The notes under the pieces: model-generated | Databases searched by the model: none | Seen by the model: only the letters and a program-made list of their open reading frames with translations | What the model was told of the DNA's origin: nothing | Assembly (NCBI GenBank): GCA_963514005.1 | Contig: OY740823.1 | Location: forward strand, 682,001 to 746,000 | Source of the DNA: Raja brachyura | Taxonomy: Eukaryota | Direction of reading: 5' to 3' | DNA: 64,000 nucleotides | Part shown: positions 1 through 13,147 of the stretch, in pieces | How positions within the stretch are numbered: position 1 is the first letter of the stretch | Layout: each line of letters opens with the position of its first letter | Program-made: the position numbers and the translations under genes

Positions 1-574
1 AACGGAAAGAGAAAAGCTACAGTTGATAAATGCGGGTTTTAATGTGTTGTGCTTGGATGGGAAATTCCACCTGCAATTGATGTCATAACCTATTGACACG
101 GAAAAGGTCGAACGCCGCGAGTTTGGGAACAGGACACGGTGTTCGAGACAGTCTTGGGCAAAGGCGCTGACTGATTGCGTGCCTTCTGAATATTTACCAA
201 TGCCCGCTGCACGTCAATGGGCTGCACTCTTGCTTCTCGTGTTCGCGTCCCACTATCCCCTGACGCGTTCTCACTCTATCACAGTCTATTTATTTCTNNN
301 NNNNNNNNNNNNNNNNNNNNNNNNNNNNNNNNNNNNNNNNNNNNNNNNNNNNNNNNNNNNNNNNNNNNNNNNNNNNNNNNNNNNNNNNNNNNNNNNNNNN
401 NNNNNNNNNNNNNNNNNNNNNNNNNNNNNNNNNNNNNNNNNNNNNNNNNNNNNNNNNNNNNNNNNNNNNNNNNNNNNNNNNNNNNNNNNNNNNNNNNNNN
501 NNNNNNNNNNNNNNNNNNNNNNNNNNNNNNNNNNNNNNNNNNNNNNNNNNNNNNNNNNNNNNNNNNNNNNNNNA

Positions 575-960
575 TATGCGATGAATAGGCCGGTGTACAA
601 AATCAGGGCAGTAACATTTCGGGTAGATGCACAGAGTCTCTTATCTCAAGTGCTTGAATCCAGCACTAAAGCACAAAGGTTGAAGGTGAGGGGGGGGGGG
701 GTGTAATACTAACACGAGTAAACTTTTTCACACAACCTGTTCCCGCGTGGGTGTATGGGACGCGCTTCCGGAGGATGTTGTTGAGGCAGGTATATAGTAT
801 ATGGAACATTTAGACAAATGCATAGATTGGGCAGGTTTAGAGGGCTATGCGTCAAATGCAGGTAGCTGTGCCTAGGGTATATGGAACACGATGGCTGCGG
901 TGAGCAAGCTGTGCGGAAGGGCCTGTTTTCAGACTCTAAGACGCTATGACGCCATGACTG
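575..960 (+). mobile_element. old CR1 3' fragment
   Basis: Resembles the CR1 3' ends elsewhere in the window (AACTTTTTCACACA..GTTGAGGCAGG..GAAGGGCCTGTTT). Confidence 0.6.
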
Positions 961-1489
961 TCAGACGTACATCACTATCGGCAGTACTGAAGGATCTTTG
1001 CGCGGACATTCCACTTATTTTAATCTCCTCCACCTTGCAGTAACTCCTGTATTTGCCTAGGACAATAGCATCGTAATTAAAGTTATTTAAGGTGGTGGAA
1101 TCAAATAAAACGAGTGCGGGCCCTCCCCCTCCATATACAGATAATCACCAGTACCAAAGATCAAACACGGGTCTGTGGTGCTGGCAGTAACNNNNNNNNN
1201 NNNNNNNNNNNNNNNNNNNNNNNNNNNNNNNNNNNNNNNNNNNNNNNNNNNNNNNNNNNNNNNNNNNNNNNNNNNNNNNNNNNNNNNNNNNNNNNNNNNN
1301 NNNNNNNNNNNNNNNNNNNNNNNNNNNNNNNNNNNNNNNNNNNNNNNNNNNNNNNNNNNNNNNNNNNNNNNNNNNNNNNNNNNNNNNNNNNNNNNNNNNN
1401 NNNNNNNNNNNNNNNNNNNNNNNNNNNNNNNNNNNNNNNNNNNNNNNNNNNNNNNNNNNNNNNNNNNNNNNNNNNNNNNNNNNNNNGCC

Positions 1490-4340
1490 CAAGCTAGCAC
1501 ACACGACAAAGATAGGAAAAGTGATGAGGTGCAGCAAAATTCGTATCGGGGAGTTAGGGAAAAGGTTAAAAGCAAGACATACAGGGTAATTATCGGATTA
1601 CACCCAGTGCTATGTGCTTGTGGGGGTGGGAACAAAAATATGTGAAAGATGAATGCATGGCTGAGAAATTGGTGCACATGGCTGGGATTCGGGATTTTGG
1701 TCAATTAGGATTATTTCTCATATTGTCATACTGTCATAAGTAATAGAGTACAAATGGGCCATTCGGCCTATCCAGTCGACTACACCATTTCAATCATGGC
1801 TGATCTATCTTTCTCTCCTCTCCCCATTCGCCTGCCTGCCCTCTGACATCTGTACTAATCAAATCTCCAGCAAGTGCAGGCCCAGTGCTGATAAACGCTC
1901 ATCTTAGGTTAACCTACTGATATCATTATTGTAAACCTCACCAGGACCCTCTCCGCGGCCAGCATGTCCTTCCTCAGATATGGTGCCCACAATTACTCAG
2001 AATATTCTAAATGCGGCTTTCCCACCGCCCTTGCACCGCCTTTCCCACCGCCTCAGCATTACATCACAGTTTTTGTATATACGCCCTCTTCAAATACTTT
2101 TTAGCATTCAGTTTGCTTTGTTCAGTGCCGTTTAAACGTGTTGGGAATCCTGCACCTCCACTCCCAAGTTCCTTTATACCTCAGATTTCTGGTTTCCTCC
2201 CCCATTCAGAAAAAAAGTCAACGCACTTATTCCTGCCACCAAGATGCTACTCTCCACACTTGGCTGCACAATATTCCCATCTGCCACTTCGCTGCCCAGT
2301 CTCCCGACTTGTCCAGGTACTTCTGCAGTGTCCCTGCTTTCTCTACCCGACCTGCACTTCACCTAATTTTAGTATAATCCGCAAACTTGGCCACAAACCC
2401 TTCAATCCCCTCGTCCAAATCATTAATATACATGATATTCATATTGATTTCCGGGGTGTTATTTCTACAAGTGAGGAGTTACACCTGAACCAAAATCATG
2501 ATAAATAGGCTAACTAATGCTACATCGGAGGGTTTAAGGTAGATGGGCAGGGTTCACAATGCAATGCAGGATAGTTTCAGGCGAGAGGCTACAGGTCGGC
2601 TTGTATGATAATGGGTGACATTTAAGTGGACAGTACATGCAGGAGAACGGAAAATAGCGGGGAAGGACTGTTTGATTGAGTTGGATTCATTTTAGTTCGA
2701 GGGATCTGACAGGGAAGGCGGACAAACAGGGCACGTGGATAAGTACGAGTGACTGGGATGTGGCAGCCATTGCGAAAACATGGTTACGGGAAGACCAAGA
2801 CTGGCAGCGTAATGCTCCACCTTTAGTGGTACTTGTGGAAATATTGATGAAGCGGGAAAGAGGAGGGAGCGTTGCTTTACATCCAGGAGTGCAGGTACAT
2901 AGTTCCATTAAGGTAACGTCACAGGTGGATAGGTGGACAAAAGTGGGTTTGGAACCTTGGCCCACATTAGGCACAGCATTGAGCATATAACTTGGGAGGT
3001 CGCGCAGCAGTTTTCTAAGATGTTGGGAAACCGGATTCATAGTATCGGGTTCCGTTATGTGCACCATGCTACAGCAAATATGTTGTCAATTTAGAAATGG
3101 TACGGAAAGGGTTTACGCGGATGTTGCCAGGACTCGTTGATCTGAGTACAGGGAGAGATTAGGCAGGCTTTGACAATATTCCTTTGAGAGCAGGAGGACG
3201 AGAACAGATCTAATAAATGCGTATGAAATCTTGAGAGGAATAGATCGAGTAGATATATTGCCCAGAGTACGGTAATCGAGAACCAGAGGATCTAGATTTA
3301 AAGTGAAGAGGGAAGGAATTAATAGGATTCCGAAATAGAAAAGTCAGTAACTTTTTCACACGAAGGTTGGTAGCTATATGGAACGAGCTGCCAGAGGAAG
3401 GAGTTGAGGCAGGGGCTATTGCCAATTTGAAGAAACAATTAGACAGGTACATGGATAGGACAGGTGTAGAGGGATATGGGGTCAAACGTAAGCATATGGG
3501 ATTAGTGTAGGTGGGACATGTTGGGAGCGGTGGGCAAATTGGGTCGAAGGTCCTGTTTGCACGCTGCATATCTATATTCCCCGTATGTTGTAAAACATAC
3601 TTGACGAATAATGTGTGATTCTGATTCTGACTCTAATTCGGATATATGTTTTTATGTCTATGAGAATGTCATGGCAGTAGTCCGATGTGACAATATTAAT
3701 GCTCCGTCCGGCGCTACTGTCAGGGTGGAATTGGAAACAAATAAGGGAATGATCACCTCGTTGCGAGTGTATTAAGACCCCCAAATAGTCCACAGGGATT
3801 ACAACACATATCCCAGGAGGTAGCAGGGATTTGCAGAGATAATCGGATTGTCATTGTAGGGAATTTCGAATTTTCCAATGTGGACAGGGACTTTCATAAT
3901 ACGATTGACTGCGCTGAGTGGAATTTGTCAAATGTTTTCATGATTGCTTCCTCGGGCAATATGTAGAATGTCCTGCAAAGATTGGGCAAAGCTCGATTTA
4001 CTTTTCACAAATTGGGAAGACTAAGTGACTGAAGTGTCCGTGGGTGAGCTTTGTGATACCAGCGATCGCTCTTCAATCAGCTTTGCAACACATACAAATG
4101 ACGATATTTAACGTATCCACAAGATAAAATTGTGAATTGGGGCAACGGCATATTCTATGATATTCGCCAGAAACTTGTTAAAATTGACTCGAGTGGGTTG
4201 TTTGCGATCAATGGAACGTCCAGGTCGGGTGATGCGTTTTTATAGTGTGATGACAAGAATGCTATAGCATGCATGTTCCTGTTGGAGTGAAGGTCAAAGT
4301 AATTGCGAGTGTGGAAGCTTGGAAGACCAGGGAAATTGAA
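1490..4340. mobile_element. mosaic of old CR1 fragments on both strands
   Basis: Decayed ORF1, endonuclease (WDVAAIAKTWLRE..GGSVAL) and 3' RT/UTR pieces. Confidence 0.65.
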
Positions 4341-4606
4341 TCTCTTCTCAGGAAAAATAAGCAGGCGTGGGGCAGAGATAAGACTTTGCCCTCCATCACA
4401 GTGAGGAGGACATTCGCTGCGATGGATATTTGTGTAAATTGTGTTGTGTCTTGGCTCTTTTTTTCTTTTTCTTTTTTGTATGACTGCGGAAACCAAATTT
4501 CGTTTGAACTTGAATGAGGTTCAAATGACAACAAATAAATTGTATCATATCATTGTATTTTATCGGTGTAGGCAGCTGGGGGGAATTTCGAGGACTGAGG
4601 TGCATA

Positions 4607-5160
4607 GTTAGTTTAGTTTAGAGAAACAGTGTGGAAACAGGCCCTTCGACAAACCGAGTCCGCCCGTACACAAACACTATCACCCCGTACACAAACACTA
4701 TCCTACCTTTTTACTGAAGCTAATTAACCTACGTCTTTGGCGTGATGGGGGGAACCGGAGCACCCTGACAAAAACCCACGCAGGTCCCATGGAGAACGTA
4801 CGAATTCCGTACATATATGCACACGTGGTCAGGATCCAACCTGGGTCTCGCCGCAATTCTACCGCTGCGCCACTTCCAGAGTTAAGAAGGAAATCAGGAG
4901 GGCAAAAATGTGCAGGAGAGCTCGGCCATGAAGGACGATCTCCGCACACTAACACTCTCCTACACGTTAGGGACAATTTACATTTATACCAAGCTAATTC
5001 ACCTACAAACCTCTGGCGTGTGGGAGGAAATCGGAGCTCCCCAGAGAAAACATACTCAGGCAACGGGGAGAACATGCAGAGAGCGCCCGTATCAGAACCG
5101 ATGGCGTATTGCGGCGTATTGATGGCGCCGTAAGACTGTAGCTCTACCGCTGCACCACCT
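4607..5160 (-). mobile_element. two adjacent SINE copies with (TTTAG)n tail
   Basis: ACAGGCCCTTCG..CACTATCCTAC..CGCAGGTC..CTACCGCTGCGCCAC, a family recurring throughout the window. Confidence 0.65.
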
Positions 5161-6664
5161 ATACCTCCCTCTTTTGGGTGCTCCACAATAAGTAAGGCGC
5201 GATTATACTAGATAAAATGTAGAAGATTCACTGCTCTATTACCTGAAATGAAGTACTTGAGTGGATAGGTTGCTGTTTCTCCTCGCCTCAATCGGCCACC
5301 CCTCTGTTTCCCACACTCCCAAGATGAGTCCCACCCAATGCAACTCATCCGTATAACCCTAGGATCATAAATTCAGGTAACACCCTGATAAATCTAAGCG
5401 ATACATTTCCTACCGTAACCCTAACTATACCCCGAATGATGTATCTGCTTGCCTCTTCTAATCTAAAGAAACAGTCTCTCATCCTAACCAACCTGCTCCA
5501 TCACAGGCTCTTGCCAATTTCTGTCTCTTACCAGCTTCAACATATGCACTATAGAAACATCATATGCGCTGCATCGTAACTTGATTTGCCAACTATTCCG
5601 TCCACGACAACAAGATACTACAGGGAGATATGGATGTGGCGCATTTCATCACACATATCAACATCCTCACCATCGGCACCTCCTTGGTCCTTAAGCCAAG
5701 GAAGCAAAATTGGCCCAACGTGTCTTCCCCGTCATTCAATAATGGCTGATCAGTCTTTCCCTCTCAAACCAAATGCCCTGTCTCCTCCCATAACCTTTGA
5801 CACCTTTATTAATCAAGTGATATATCAACATCCGCTTCTAAAATACACAAAGACTGCATCCACAGCCGTTAATGGCATTGGAATCCTCAGATTCACCCCC
5901 TTCTGATTAAATACACTTGTCCTCATCTCCTTAATCAAGTAACGTAATTTTATATTTCGGCCATGCTCATCTGTCTTGGCTTCTTCCAGCAGTTGATTCA
6001 TCTTTCCCATATCCACTATATTCATGTCCTGCATTATTCGGGCAAGTTTCAAAACTTACGCGTTGATGGAAATGTGGAATAAAATGAATCGAGCAATGAT
6101 CAGTGTACAATTCGAGGTTTGATGTTTGCTGTGGTCCGTCAAAGGACCTGTATCTGTGCTGTATTGTTCTATCACAATCCTGGTCTATGACCCATACCTC
6201 TTCTCCACAGATGTTCCCAGACCCGTTAATTTACTCTTGCATGCTGTGTCTATCTGCTGGACGATCAGAATGGCATTAAGGTATATAGGTTCTGCGCAAT
6301 CATGGGTATGACATGGTAAACTAAAGGGTCCTAATTATATCGCCCTGTGTCTAATTATTGTTACGAATCGATGCGGTTTGTTTGAGTTTTATTGACAGTT
6401 AATCTCCCTGGGGAGGGTAGGGGGAGCAATGTGTGGAGTTGGATCGCAAATCAGAACCAGTATCCGGCGAATTAAGAGAAACGGCTCCAATGAACGTTTG
6501 GGTTCCTTCTGTACTTTCGTCACAGTTTTTCCAAGGCATTTACTGTGAGGTATTAGTGGATAGGCTGCGTCAAACAGGTAGATTTACAGAAATAGGCATT
6601 TATCGGAGGAGCTCAGATACCAAGCAGCCGATGGCTCATTCAGCCGATTACAACAAATACTCAC

Positions 6665-6925
6665 GCTGACTGGGGACTCGCACGGGCGCGGAACGTGAGC
6701 TCCCAAGAGCGTTTGTCGCCGTGCAGCTGTAGGATGTAATTGCCATTTCCGAGTCAAGGTGAACGGTGATATTTTTACTTCCCCGCCTCAGATCAGTCTC
6801 AACGCCACGGGTGACCTTGAACCAGGAGAAAGTAGTGACACTGGGGTAGGCGTCACTGGAACAACGCAAAGAAATCGTGTTGGCTTCTTTGAAGATCCAC
6901 TCGACCACCGTGTTTTGGGGGGAAT
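6665..6925 (-). CDS. Siglec/MAG-like gene, third Ig exon
   Basis: 261 nt, acceptor GTGTTTCCAAG, donor C|GTGAG, phase 1-1. YSPQNT...SLRCSSDAYPSVTTFSWFK...SYSCTATNALGSSRS is a CD22/Siglec-type C2/I domain, in frame with the preceding exon. Confidence 0.88.
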
Positions 6926-6974
6926 CTTGGAAACACAACATCGTCAGCATGTCACCGGGATATAAATGGAAACC

Positions 6975-7410
6975 ATATAAACATATAACCATATAAAAAT
7001 TACAGCACGGAAACTTCTCGGCCCTTCCAGTCCGTGCCGACCATTTATTTTCCCCTAGTCCCATCTACCTGCACTCAGACCATACCCCTCCATTCCCTTC
7101 CCGTCCATATACCTATCCACTTTACTTTTAAGTGTTAAAATCGATCCTGCCTCCACCGCTTCTGCAGGAAGATTATTCCCCACAGCCACCACTCTCTGAG
7201 TAAAGAAGTTCTCCCTCATGTTACTCCTAAACTTCTGTTCCTTAATTCTCATGTCATGCCCTCTTGTTTGAATCTTTCCTACACTCAATGGGAAACGCTT
7301 ATCCACGTCAACTCTGTCTATCCCTTTCATCATTTTAAAGACCTCAATCAAGTCCCCCCTTAACCTTCTGTGCTCCAAAGAATAAAGACCTAACTTGTTA
7401 AACCTTTCGT
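6975..7410 (-). mobile_element. CR1 LINE 3' end
   Basis: LGLYSLEHRRLRGDLIEVFK..TRGH..NFFTQRVV with an ATGGTTAT-type tail, ~50 bp from the acceptor of Siglec Ig exon 3. Confidence 0.85.
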
Positions 7411-8106
7411 CTCCTATGTGTCGTGCGTCTGGCAACCGCCAAACAACGAGGCCAAGCAGCCCAGTTAACTGCCACAATATCCACCACCAAACATCGACAC
7501 TGCCTCCTACAACAGTCATTTATGTCAACTCTTACAACTTGTTATAGCATGTAAGCTGTTACATACTAGGGCCGCAAGCTACATCTTCTACCGGCAATAT
7601 TGACCGAGCATTCGGACCCAAGGGAGAGAAGCTCCCACATTTTACTTGCGTCCCACATCACTTTGAAAATATATCATCTCCCTAACCTTATGGAAGGAAA
7701 CGTGGCCGCAAAGCTTTGACCTGTTCAACAGGGTAACTTTGTCATAATCACAAGGGCATTTTCCAATCAATAAAGCGTACAAGAAAATTCCGAGTGTCCA
7801 AAATCAGTACACTCTGAGAGAGAGTATGTTGCCCCTCAGGTTCTAAATCTAAATTCTGTTATCTTGCTGCGCTCCAAAACAATAAAGTCCTAGCATGCAC
7901 AACCTTTGCCTGTAACTCAGGCCCTCAAGTCTTGGGATCATTCTCGTACATCCATCCTGTACTGTTTCCAGCATAACGGCACAATGACACGTGAGCTGTG
8001 ATCTAAGCAGTGTTTTCTGATGGGAATATACGAGGTATGATAATTAAGTTTGGGGCTATCACTGTACCATGTTTATGTCATAGATAACGAAGATATTAAT
8101 AAACAA

Positions 8107-8894
8107 CTAGACCAAGTGGGACCCATTCCCCCAACGCAATATTCCACCACTCACGCATAGCCCCAAAATGCGCAGGCGCTGCTCATTTCCTCTCATCCCC
8201 CAACACAACCCACCTCCTTTTCACCCTTCCTCTTCTATACCCTCTCCTCATTTTCTGCCCCACTCCCTCTCCTCTCCCTCCCACTCATTTCACCTACCCT
8301 CATTCACTCTCTCCCTCCATCCCTCCATAACCCCCCACCTCACCTTATCACCTTCCTCTCCCTATATCACTGTGACCCCACTCATCACCTCTCCTGTATC
8401 CCACTCCACTACTAAGCACAATGTTTAAATAACATTTCTCCTCCTCTCCTCCCCCAATCCCTCCGTCTCCTAGCAACAATGTCACAAATCTCTCACTTCA
8501 CTGGGTGGAACACTGATGATGGGGCAGTTCATGTAAATGATATCCCATTGTGATGTAATTGTTCGGTGAAGCACTGCTCACGGGCAAGTTGTGTAAATTG
8601 TCCGTGGCGTCATAGCTGCTAACTGCCACTGCAACTGCCACAACAAGTTCAAGTGATTATTTCTCAAACTGGATTTTGTGGTTAAAAATGTGAATAACTT
8701 GTAAAATATATCATAACTCTGAACGAACGTGATGGGGAAAAAAAACACCACAAGACAATTGTGAGTAAGGTGGTACAAAAATTGCAGGGCTATTGTGTAC
8801 CGTTTTAGCATAGTTCCTGGAGCACTTTGGCACGCACGGAGACACGCACGCACACAGAATCACAAACAAGACGGGGGTTTTAGTAATATATAGA
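8107..8894 (-). mobile_element. non-autonomous Helitron-like element
   Basis: On minus it begins TCTATATATTACTAAAA and ends GGGTCCCACTTGGTCTAG followed by T. No TIR or TSD seen. Confidence 0.5.
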
Positions 8895-8899
8895 CTACA

Positions 8900-9690
8900 G
8901 CTGAAACTTGACCCTTTGGGCATGTGGGCAGACGACTCGTTAATGATAAATGCGAGGTGTTGCATTTTGGTAAATCAAACCAGGGCAAGACCTAGTAAAC
9001 GGCAGGGTGTTGGGCAATGTCTTAGTGCAAAGGAGTGCAAGTATATAGTTAAATCAACGTGCCGTCACAGGTATTTACGGTGGTCAATAAGGCTTTCGGT
9101 ACTTTGGCCTTCATCAGTTTTGGTTATGACTCTAGAAGTTAGGATGATATGTCATATATTTGTAAAATATTGGTGCGGCCGCGTTTCCGGCACTGTTTAG
9201 TTACAGTCACACTGCTGAAGGAAGATGTTGTGAACCTAGAAAGAATCTAGAGACGATTTACAAGTATATTGCCAGGACTATATTGCCTGTGTATAAAGGT
9301 TGGGCAAGCTACTTTAGTTGGTGCAAAGGAGAACGAGGAATGATCTTACACCTGTGAGAACGATCATGTGGGGAATAGATAGAGTAAATGCACTGAGTCC
9401 CTTCTCCTAAGTAAGGGTACACGAACCAGAGAACATACGTTTATTGTGAGAGGCGGAGAAAATAATAGGAACCTGACGGAAAAAAATGTTTACATGGTGA
9501 ATGGTAGGTGTAATGAACGAGCGACCGCAAGAATTCGTTGAGGCAAAAATTAGAACAACGTATAAAAGGCATGTTGACAGGTAGATAGATAGGAAAGGTT
9601 TAGAGGATGAATGGGGTAAATGCAGGTAGGTGGAACTAGGATAGGTGAACATTCATTGTAGACAGGGGTAAGTTGTGCCGACCGGGCTGT
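8900..9690 (+). mobile_element. old CR1 3' fragment
   Basis: Decayed match to CR1 RT C-terminus and 3' UTR. Confidence 0.6.
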
Positions 9691-10630
9691 ACGTGCTTCA
9701 TCCACCACAATACGTGTACTCTATCTGTGCCCGGCATTTTGGTGTGGCCTAGCGATGATATATAACATTACAAAATAAAATGTAATGCACTGACTATGAT
9801 CTAATCAAAGACCACAATGAGGGGAGATGTGTACATTCTTCCAAGAGCAGCCGTATAATCAAAGGGTAGAAAGGAACTGCAGATGCTGGTTTAAGCAGAT
9901 GATGGACAAAAAATGTTTGAGTATCTCAGTTGAACTACAAACATCACTGGAGAGGAGGAATGGGTGCCGTTTCGGGTCGAGGCCCTTCTTCAGACTAGTT
10001 AGGGGAAAGGGAAACGAGAGATATACGCAATTATATCGATGATGTAGAGAGATATTGGTCCAATGAATTAAATATATTTTAAAAGGTTATAATGTTAAAG
10101 GAAACAGGCCATTGTTAGCCGCTTGCTTGGAGAGAACGGGAACCTTGTGCGACTTGAGTGGGGGAGGGATGGAGGGAGAGGGAGTGCAAGGGTTTCTTGT
10201 GGTGAGTTAAATCAATATTCATACCACTGGGTTCCAAGCTGCCCAAGCGAAATATGAAATGCAGTTACTCAAATGGATATCAATTTTAACCAACGGATTT
10301 ATTTTTTCATCAACTGTGCCATATTCACGTGACTAGCTTTTCTTTTGTGATGCCCTCTTTGAAGGACTAAGTTTCACATACAGATAATACTCTGGCAAGT
10401 TTTAGCTGTTTCAAATTCATATGCAAACCACGGCTGGATTTACAGATTCTCGGAGAGTGTAACAGAACAGAGAGTTCTCTGACAAGATGTGATGTGCACG
10501 GTTCCCGGTATAGGAATTGGAGCACAGTTTCCTGAAAGTGTTTTTTTTAAATGTGGATAGAATGGCAAGAGGCGTTTGGCATGATTGATCGTATTTGGAA
10601 TGATATTGACGACAACATTTGGGATACCAC

Positions 10631-10710
10631 GATGCAGCTGTTGGTGTGATAAGTGCACATGTTATAAGATGATGCAGCTGTTGGTGTGATAAGTGCACAT
10701 GTTATAAGAT
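10631..10710. repeat. 2 x 40-bp exact tandem duplication
   Basis: GATGCAGCTGTTGGTGTGATAAGTGCACATGTTATAAGAT occurs twice. Confidence 0.95.
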
Positions 10711-10714
10711 TACA

Positions 10715-11310
10715 ATTAGGCCATTCGGCCCATTGAATCTAGGCCGTCATTCAATCATGTCTGATCTAATCCCATTGTCCTGCCTTCTCCCCATAACCCT
10801 TTACACCCGTTCTAATCAAGAATATCTACCTCTGCCTCATAAATATCCACTGACTTGGGCTCCACAGCCCTCTGTGGTAATGAGTTCCACAGATTAACTA
10901 CGTTCTAACTAAAGAAGTTCCTCCTCAGGTTATTTCTAAAAGAACGCCATTAATTCTGAGGCTATGACCTCCGGTCTTGGACTCCCCCACCAGTGGCAAC
11001 ATCCTGTCCACACCCACGCTGTGCATGTCTTACATTATTCTGTACGTTCGAATGAGGTCCCCCCTCAGCGTTCTAAACTCCAGAGAGTAGAGGCCCAGTG
11101 CTGTCAAACGCTCATCACATGCTAACCCACCTATTCCAGGTATCATTCTTGTAAACCTCCTCTGGATCCTCTAGAGCTAGCACGTCCTTTTTAGATAAGG
11201 GGCTCAAATGTTACCTCAGTACTCCAAATGCGACCAGAATACCGCCTTAGAGAGCCTCAGCGTTACCTATCTCTTTTTTTATTCCAATCCTCTTGATACA
11301 AATGCTCATC
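10715..11310 (-). mobile_element. CR1 3' fragment
   Basis: AGGCCATTCGGCCC..TTCAATCATG 3' UTR hairpin region and decayed RT C-terminus. Confidence 0.7.
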
Positions 11311-11799
11311 ATGGCGTTGATGTTCCCCAGCTAGTGTTTTCGCCCAAAAAATGAAGGATATAATTACGATGGAAAATATGCAGAACGGATTCACTCGAGA
11401 TATGAATAGAGTGTAAAGTGTTGGATTATGGAGGGAGAGTGGGCTTACTTGCCATTTTGTCTTCAGAACGCAGGAGGCTGGCGGGTGATTTTATTTTTCG
11501 TGTACAAGAGCACGCATTAATTGAACCTTTGGAAGAAGATTCTAAAACTGGAGAACCGCAGATAGTATCTGAAACTCTTTGCCTGGGGAAGCTATGAAGT
11601 ACGATAATAACTTTCCAAATACGGCTTTGCAGATATATGGATGGCGAGTATTTCGTGGGATAGGGCCCAAATGCAGGCAGACGCGACGCCCAAATGAAGC
11701 CAACTAGATCCCATGGATTAGGTGGAAGGAATGTTCCGTTTCCCTGCTGTACGGATCGGCGAATCTTTGACTATAATACTTTATTAAAAAAATACTTAC

Positions 11800-12090
11800 A
11801 TGTTACATTCAGCGTAACGGAGTTTGCCAGTCTGTGACTCGTATCAAAGTAGTCAACCGTACAGCGAACCGTTTGCCCGTGATGAGCGACGGAAGGAGTA
11901 AAAGTCAATACAGAGGAAATTTCTCCGCTCGTTTTCTCCCCAAGCTCAATGATGGTGGAATCTGGCAGCTCACTCCAGGTGAGAGATGGGCGTTGATCGG
12001 GACAGGTGTAGAGGGCTTTGCAGATGATGTTCACCGGGGTCCCTTCGGTGAGAATTTCCGGCATTAAAATCTCGGGTTTATCAGGTATAT
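11800..12090 (-). CDS. Siglec/MAG-like gene, C2-set Ig exon (domain 2)
   Basis: 291 nt, acceptor TCTCCAG, donor T|GTAAG, phase 1-1. DIPDKPEILMPEILTEGTPVNIICKALYTCPDQRPSLTW...SSVLTFTPSVAHHGQTVRC...VTLNVT. Includes the extra Cys (CP) that pairs with the V domain in Siglecs. Confidence 0.92.
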
Positions 12091-13147
12091 CTGGAGATTG
12101 GAAAGATCTAGTAAAACAACATGCAGGACTGAAGTGGGATGGGGTGTGGGGCTGGTGATGCGAGTTATATTTTAGACTCAAACTGTTATTAGTCCACAAC
12201 GCACTGCCTTGGAGGGAGCAAAGAACAATCTGCTGAAGGAACACCACCAGCTGAGCAGCATTTGTGGAGGGAAATAGATGGTATGGAAGGCACATTCCCA
12301 ACCCTAATTGTCCACCATCATTTTGACTCCATTGATGTTGCTCGCTGAGTCACTCCAACTATTTTTTGTTCTCTTGCTCCGGAATCCACCATCTGTAGCC
12401 TCTTATCTGCCCAAGGGAGTGGGGCATGTTATGATTCTCGGATAATTAAAAATATCACCTGTCCATCCATCTAGCCACCCGTCCGTCCGCCAACTGACAA
12501 CCGATTGTCCGCCATCTGTCCACCACCTCTCCACCCATCCACCCCCCATCTGTCTATCTATTCATCCACCGAAACATCTACCCACCCATCTATCCATCGA
12601 TCTATCCATCTACCTATTCTCTATATGAACCAATCCCATTTATTAAGAGTGTCGCCGAGGTCAAATCGCCACGACTCCAGTATTCCAAAGTTTAAGTTCC
12701 AAGGAGTCACTGCAGTTCCATCGATCAATTTCACCAGGGGGCTTTCAAAGTTGTTTTACCTCCCTGCGGCAGAAACCCGTAGCATCCCAAGAAATTCCCC
12801 GTATTCCCAGGGAGAACGTGGAAAGATCACGTAGAAAACAGCTGTAGACAAGATGGAACCCCCGTCTTTGGCGCTGTGGGGGCAGCATCTCTACCATTCG
12901 CTATAACCACGCTTGTTGGACGCCAAGCCGTTACCAGCACTACTCTCTCCTTGAACATTTCGCCCTCTGTACTGTCGCTGTCCCAATACGCATTCCCATT
13001 GCTGTGCAATTCCCCAAGCTGCTAACCTCCCGCGCTCGCTCGAAAGCGCGGGACTGAGAAATGACTTAGAAAGGAAATTTTAAAACGGAGCGAAACCAAC
13101 TCTGAAGTACGTGAGTACAGCGGACGCAAAATTTGAAGGGGCCTCAC

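Noticed and set aside
1090-1175. Minus-strand LVLVIICIWRGRAR as the Siglec TM exon
   Set aside because: It is preceded by an in-frame stop and too short for a TM helix. The nearby CAG acceptor in phase 1 gives a different, non-hydrophobic frame. It cannot be fully excluded as a decayed exon.
7410-7519. Hydrophobic ORF start VWWWILWQLTGLLGLVVWR as a TM exon
   Set aside because: It lies upstream of Ig exon 3, lacks fitting splice sites and runs into a CR1 fragment.
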